NCBI GenBank assembly: GCA_041492755.1
Contig: JBGPXN010000048.1
Span: 1 to 28,940 of the forward strand
From: Candidatus Methylomirabilia bacterium
GTDB taxonomy: Bacteria; Methylomirabilota; Methylomirabilia; Rokubacteriales; CSP1-6
Reading direction: 5' to 3'
Length of the DNA stretch: 28,940 nucleotides
Part shown: positions 27,459-28,940 of the stretch, one piece after another
How positions within the stretch are numbered: position 1 is the first letter of the stretch
Layout of the letters: each line of letters starts with the position of its first letter
Made by a program: the position numbers and the translations under genes
Notes under the pieces: generated by a model
The model's database searches: none
Told to the model about the DNA's origin: nothing
The model's input: only the letters and a program-made list of their open reading frames with translations

Positions 27459-28315
27459 CGCTAGCGACTGCGCGAGGCGTACCGGGCCAATTGACGGTCG
27501 CGCTCCAGACCGCCGCCGGTCGCATCATCGTGACCGACTCCGTCACTTTCTGCGACGACCGGGTGGGCCCCGACGACGTCGTCGTGGCCGGCTCCTTTGC
27601 CGGCGCGACCGCGCTCGGATTCGTGCTGGAGCGCGGGGTGCGGGCCCTGATCGCGCACGAGGCCGGTGTCGGCCGGGACGCCGCCGGGATCTCCGGGCTG
27701 CCCCTCGCCGACCGCCTGGGCATCCCGGCCGCCGCCGTGGCGACCATGTCGGCGCGCATCGGCGACGGGGCCAGCATCATGGACGACGGTGTCATCAACC
27801 ACGCCAACGCGACGGCCACCGCCCTGGGCGTGAAGCCCGGCCTCGCGGCGCGGGACGCCGCGCGGTTGATGCTGGCGGCCCCGCCGGGCCGGCCGGCCGG
27901 GCCGCTCCTCGATCGCGTGCCGCGTGTGGTCGTCGCCACGGACCACGGTCGCATCGTCCTCACCGGCTCCATGAGCTTCTGTGACGCGCGCTACCGCGGC
28001 GACGTGCTCTGCGCCGGCTCCCACGGTGGGCGCGTGAACATCCCCCCGGTGCTCGCGATCCACCCGCGCGGGGCGATTTTCAACGACGGTGGGATGGCGC
28101 GCGAGCGCTCCGGCGTGAACGGGCTGCCCGCGCTGCACGACGTCGGCATCGGCGCCGCGGCGGTGGCATCAGCGTCCGCGCGCATCGGCGATCCCGACAG
28201 CATGTGGGCGACGGGCGTGGTGTCCGCGGTCAACGACACCGCCGCGGCGTTCGGGGTTCGGGTCGGACAGACGGTCCCCGTCGCGGCCCGCCTGCTCCTG
28301 GAACGCCAAAATTGA
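27455..28315 (+). CDS. Hypothetical protein made of two ~130-aa tandem repeats
   Basis: GTG overlaps the crotonase stop. Repeat 1 reads 'GRIIVTDSVTFCD..VVVAGSFAG..HEAGVGRDAAGISGLP..SARIGDG'; repeat 2 reads 'GRIVLTGSMSFCD..VLCAGSHGG..NDGGMARERSGVNGLP..SARIGDP'. Confidence 0.82.
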   Translation: MTLATARGVPGQLTVALQTAAGRIIVTDSVTFCDDRVGPDDVVVAGSFAGATALGFVLERGVRALIAHEAGVGRDAAGISGLPLADRLGIPAAAVATMSARIGDGASIMDDGVINHANATATALGVKPGLAARDAARLMLAAPPGRPAGPLLDRVPRVVVATDHGRIVLTGSMSFCDARYRGDVLCAGSHGGRVNIPPVLAIHPRGAIFNDGGMARERSGVNGLPALHDVGIGAAAVASASARIGDPDSMWATGVVSAVNDTAAAFGVRVGQTVPVAARLLLERQN

Positions 28316-28447
28316 GAAGGCCATCGACATCCGTGCCTGGAGCGCCGTTCAAAACGGGCCCCTCGGGCCCGGGTCACTCCTGCTGTGCGCGGACCGGGTG
28401 ATCGAGTAGAGTCCCCGGAATGTATCTCTCATCGGGAGGTTCGTGAC

Positions 28448-28940
28448 ATGCCCCTGGCCCGGGTCGGCAACGTTCGGCTGCACTACGAGGAAGTGGGAAC
28501 GGGCACGCCGCTCGTGTTCGTCCACGAGTTCGCGGGAGATCTCGAGAGCTGGCGGCCGCAGGTGTCATTCTTCTCCCGCCGCTATCGCACGATCGCCTAC
28601 AACGCGCGCGGCTATCCACCGTCCGACGTTCCGGACGACCTCGCCGCGTATTCGCAGGCCCAGGCCGTCGACGACATCCGCGGCCTCCTCGATCATTTGA
28701 AGATCGAACGCGCCCACGTGTGCGGGCTCTCCATGGGCGGCTATGCCGCGCTGCACTTCGGCCTCACCTACCCGGAGCGCGCGCTGTCCGTCGTCGTGGC
28801 CGGCTGCGGCTACGGCAGCGCTCCCGCCGAGCGGGAAGGCTTTCGCAACGACAGCGCCGTGGTCGTCAAGCGCTTCGAAGAAGGCATGGCCGCCGTGGCC
28901 CAGTTCTACAGCCGCGGGCCCACGCGCGTGCAGTTCATGG
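28448..28940 (+). CDS. Alpha/beta-fold hydrolase, 3'-truncated by the window edge
   Basis: RBS GGGAGG; MPLARVGNVRLHYEEVGTGTPLVFVHEFAGDLESW...YNARGYPPSD; nucleophile elbow 'CGLSMGG'. Absent from the ORF track because it has no stop in the window. Confidence 0.9.
   Translation, partial: MPLARVGNVRLHYEEVGTGTPLVFVHEFAGDLESWRPQVSFFSRRYRTIAYNARGYPPSDVPDDLAAYSQAQAVDDIRGLLDHLKIERAHVCGLSMGGYAALHFGLTYPERALSVVVAGCGYGSAPAEREGFRNDSAVVVKRFEEGMAAVAQFYSRGPTRVQFM

Overview
High-GC (~70%) bacterial chromosomal window, densely coding and dominated by acyl-CoA/branched-chain catabolism and ABC transport. The gene style (for example the PF04392-type '[11 protein letters not shown]' binding protein) suggests Candidatus Rokubacteria/Methylomirabilota, but this is inference only. 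The core is a long minus-strand run: GntR/HutC regulator (with its own promoter and palindromic operator), etfB, etfA, acyl-CoA dehydrogenase, a B12 mutase large subunit with isobutyryl-CoA-mutase (Phe/Gln) specificity residues, an unannotated 70-aa Cys-rich ORF, ilvE, HIT, the mutase B12 subunit, a binding protein, a second acyl-CoA dehydrogenase, a NitT/TauT ABC module, an SGNH protein and a thioesterase. Elsewhere are a peptide-type ABC module without ATPases, an FAD oxidoreductase, three crotonase-family enzymes, an NCS2 permease and several hypothetical proteins. The non-coding highlights are (i) an attC-like integron recombination site inside a lower-GC fragment with a truncated BrnT toxin and an intact antitoxin but no integrase, and (ii) two families of intergenic palindromic elements, two copies each, whose stems show compensatory base changes between copies. 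No rRNA, tRNA, CRISPR array or transposase was seen.
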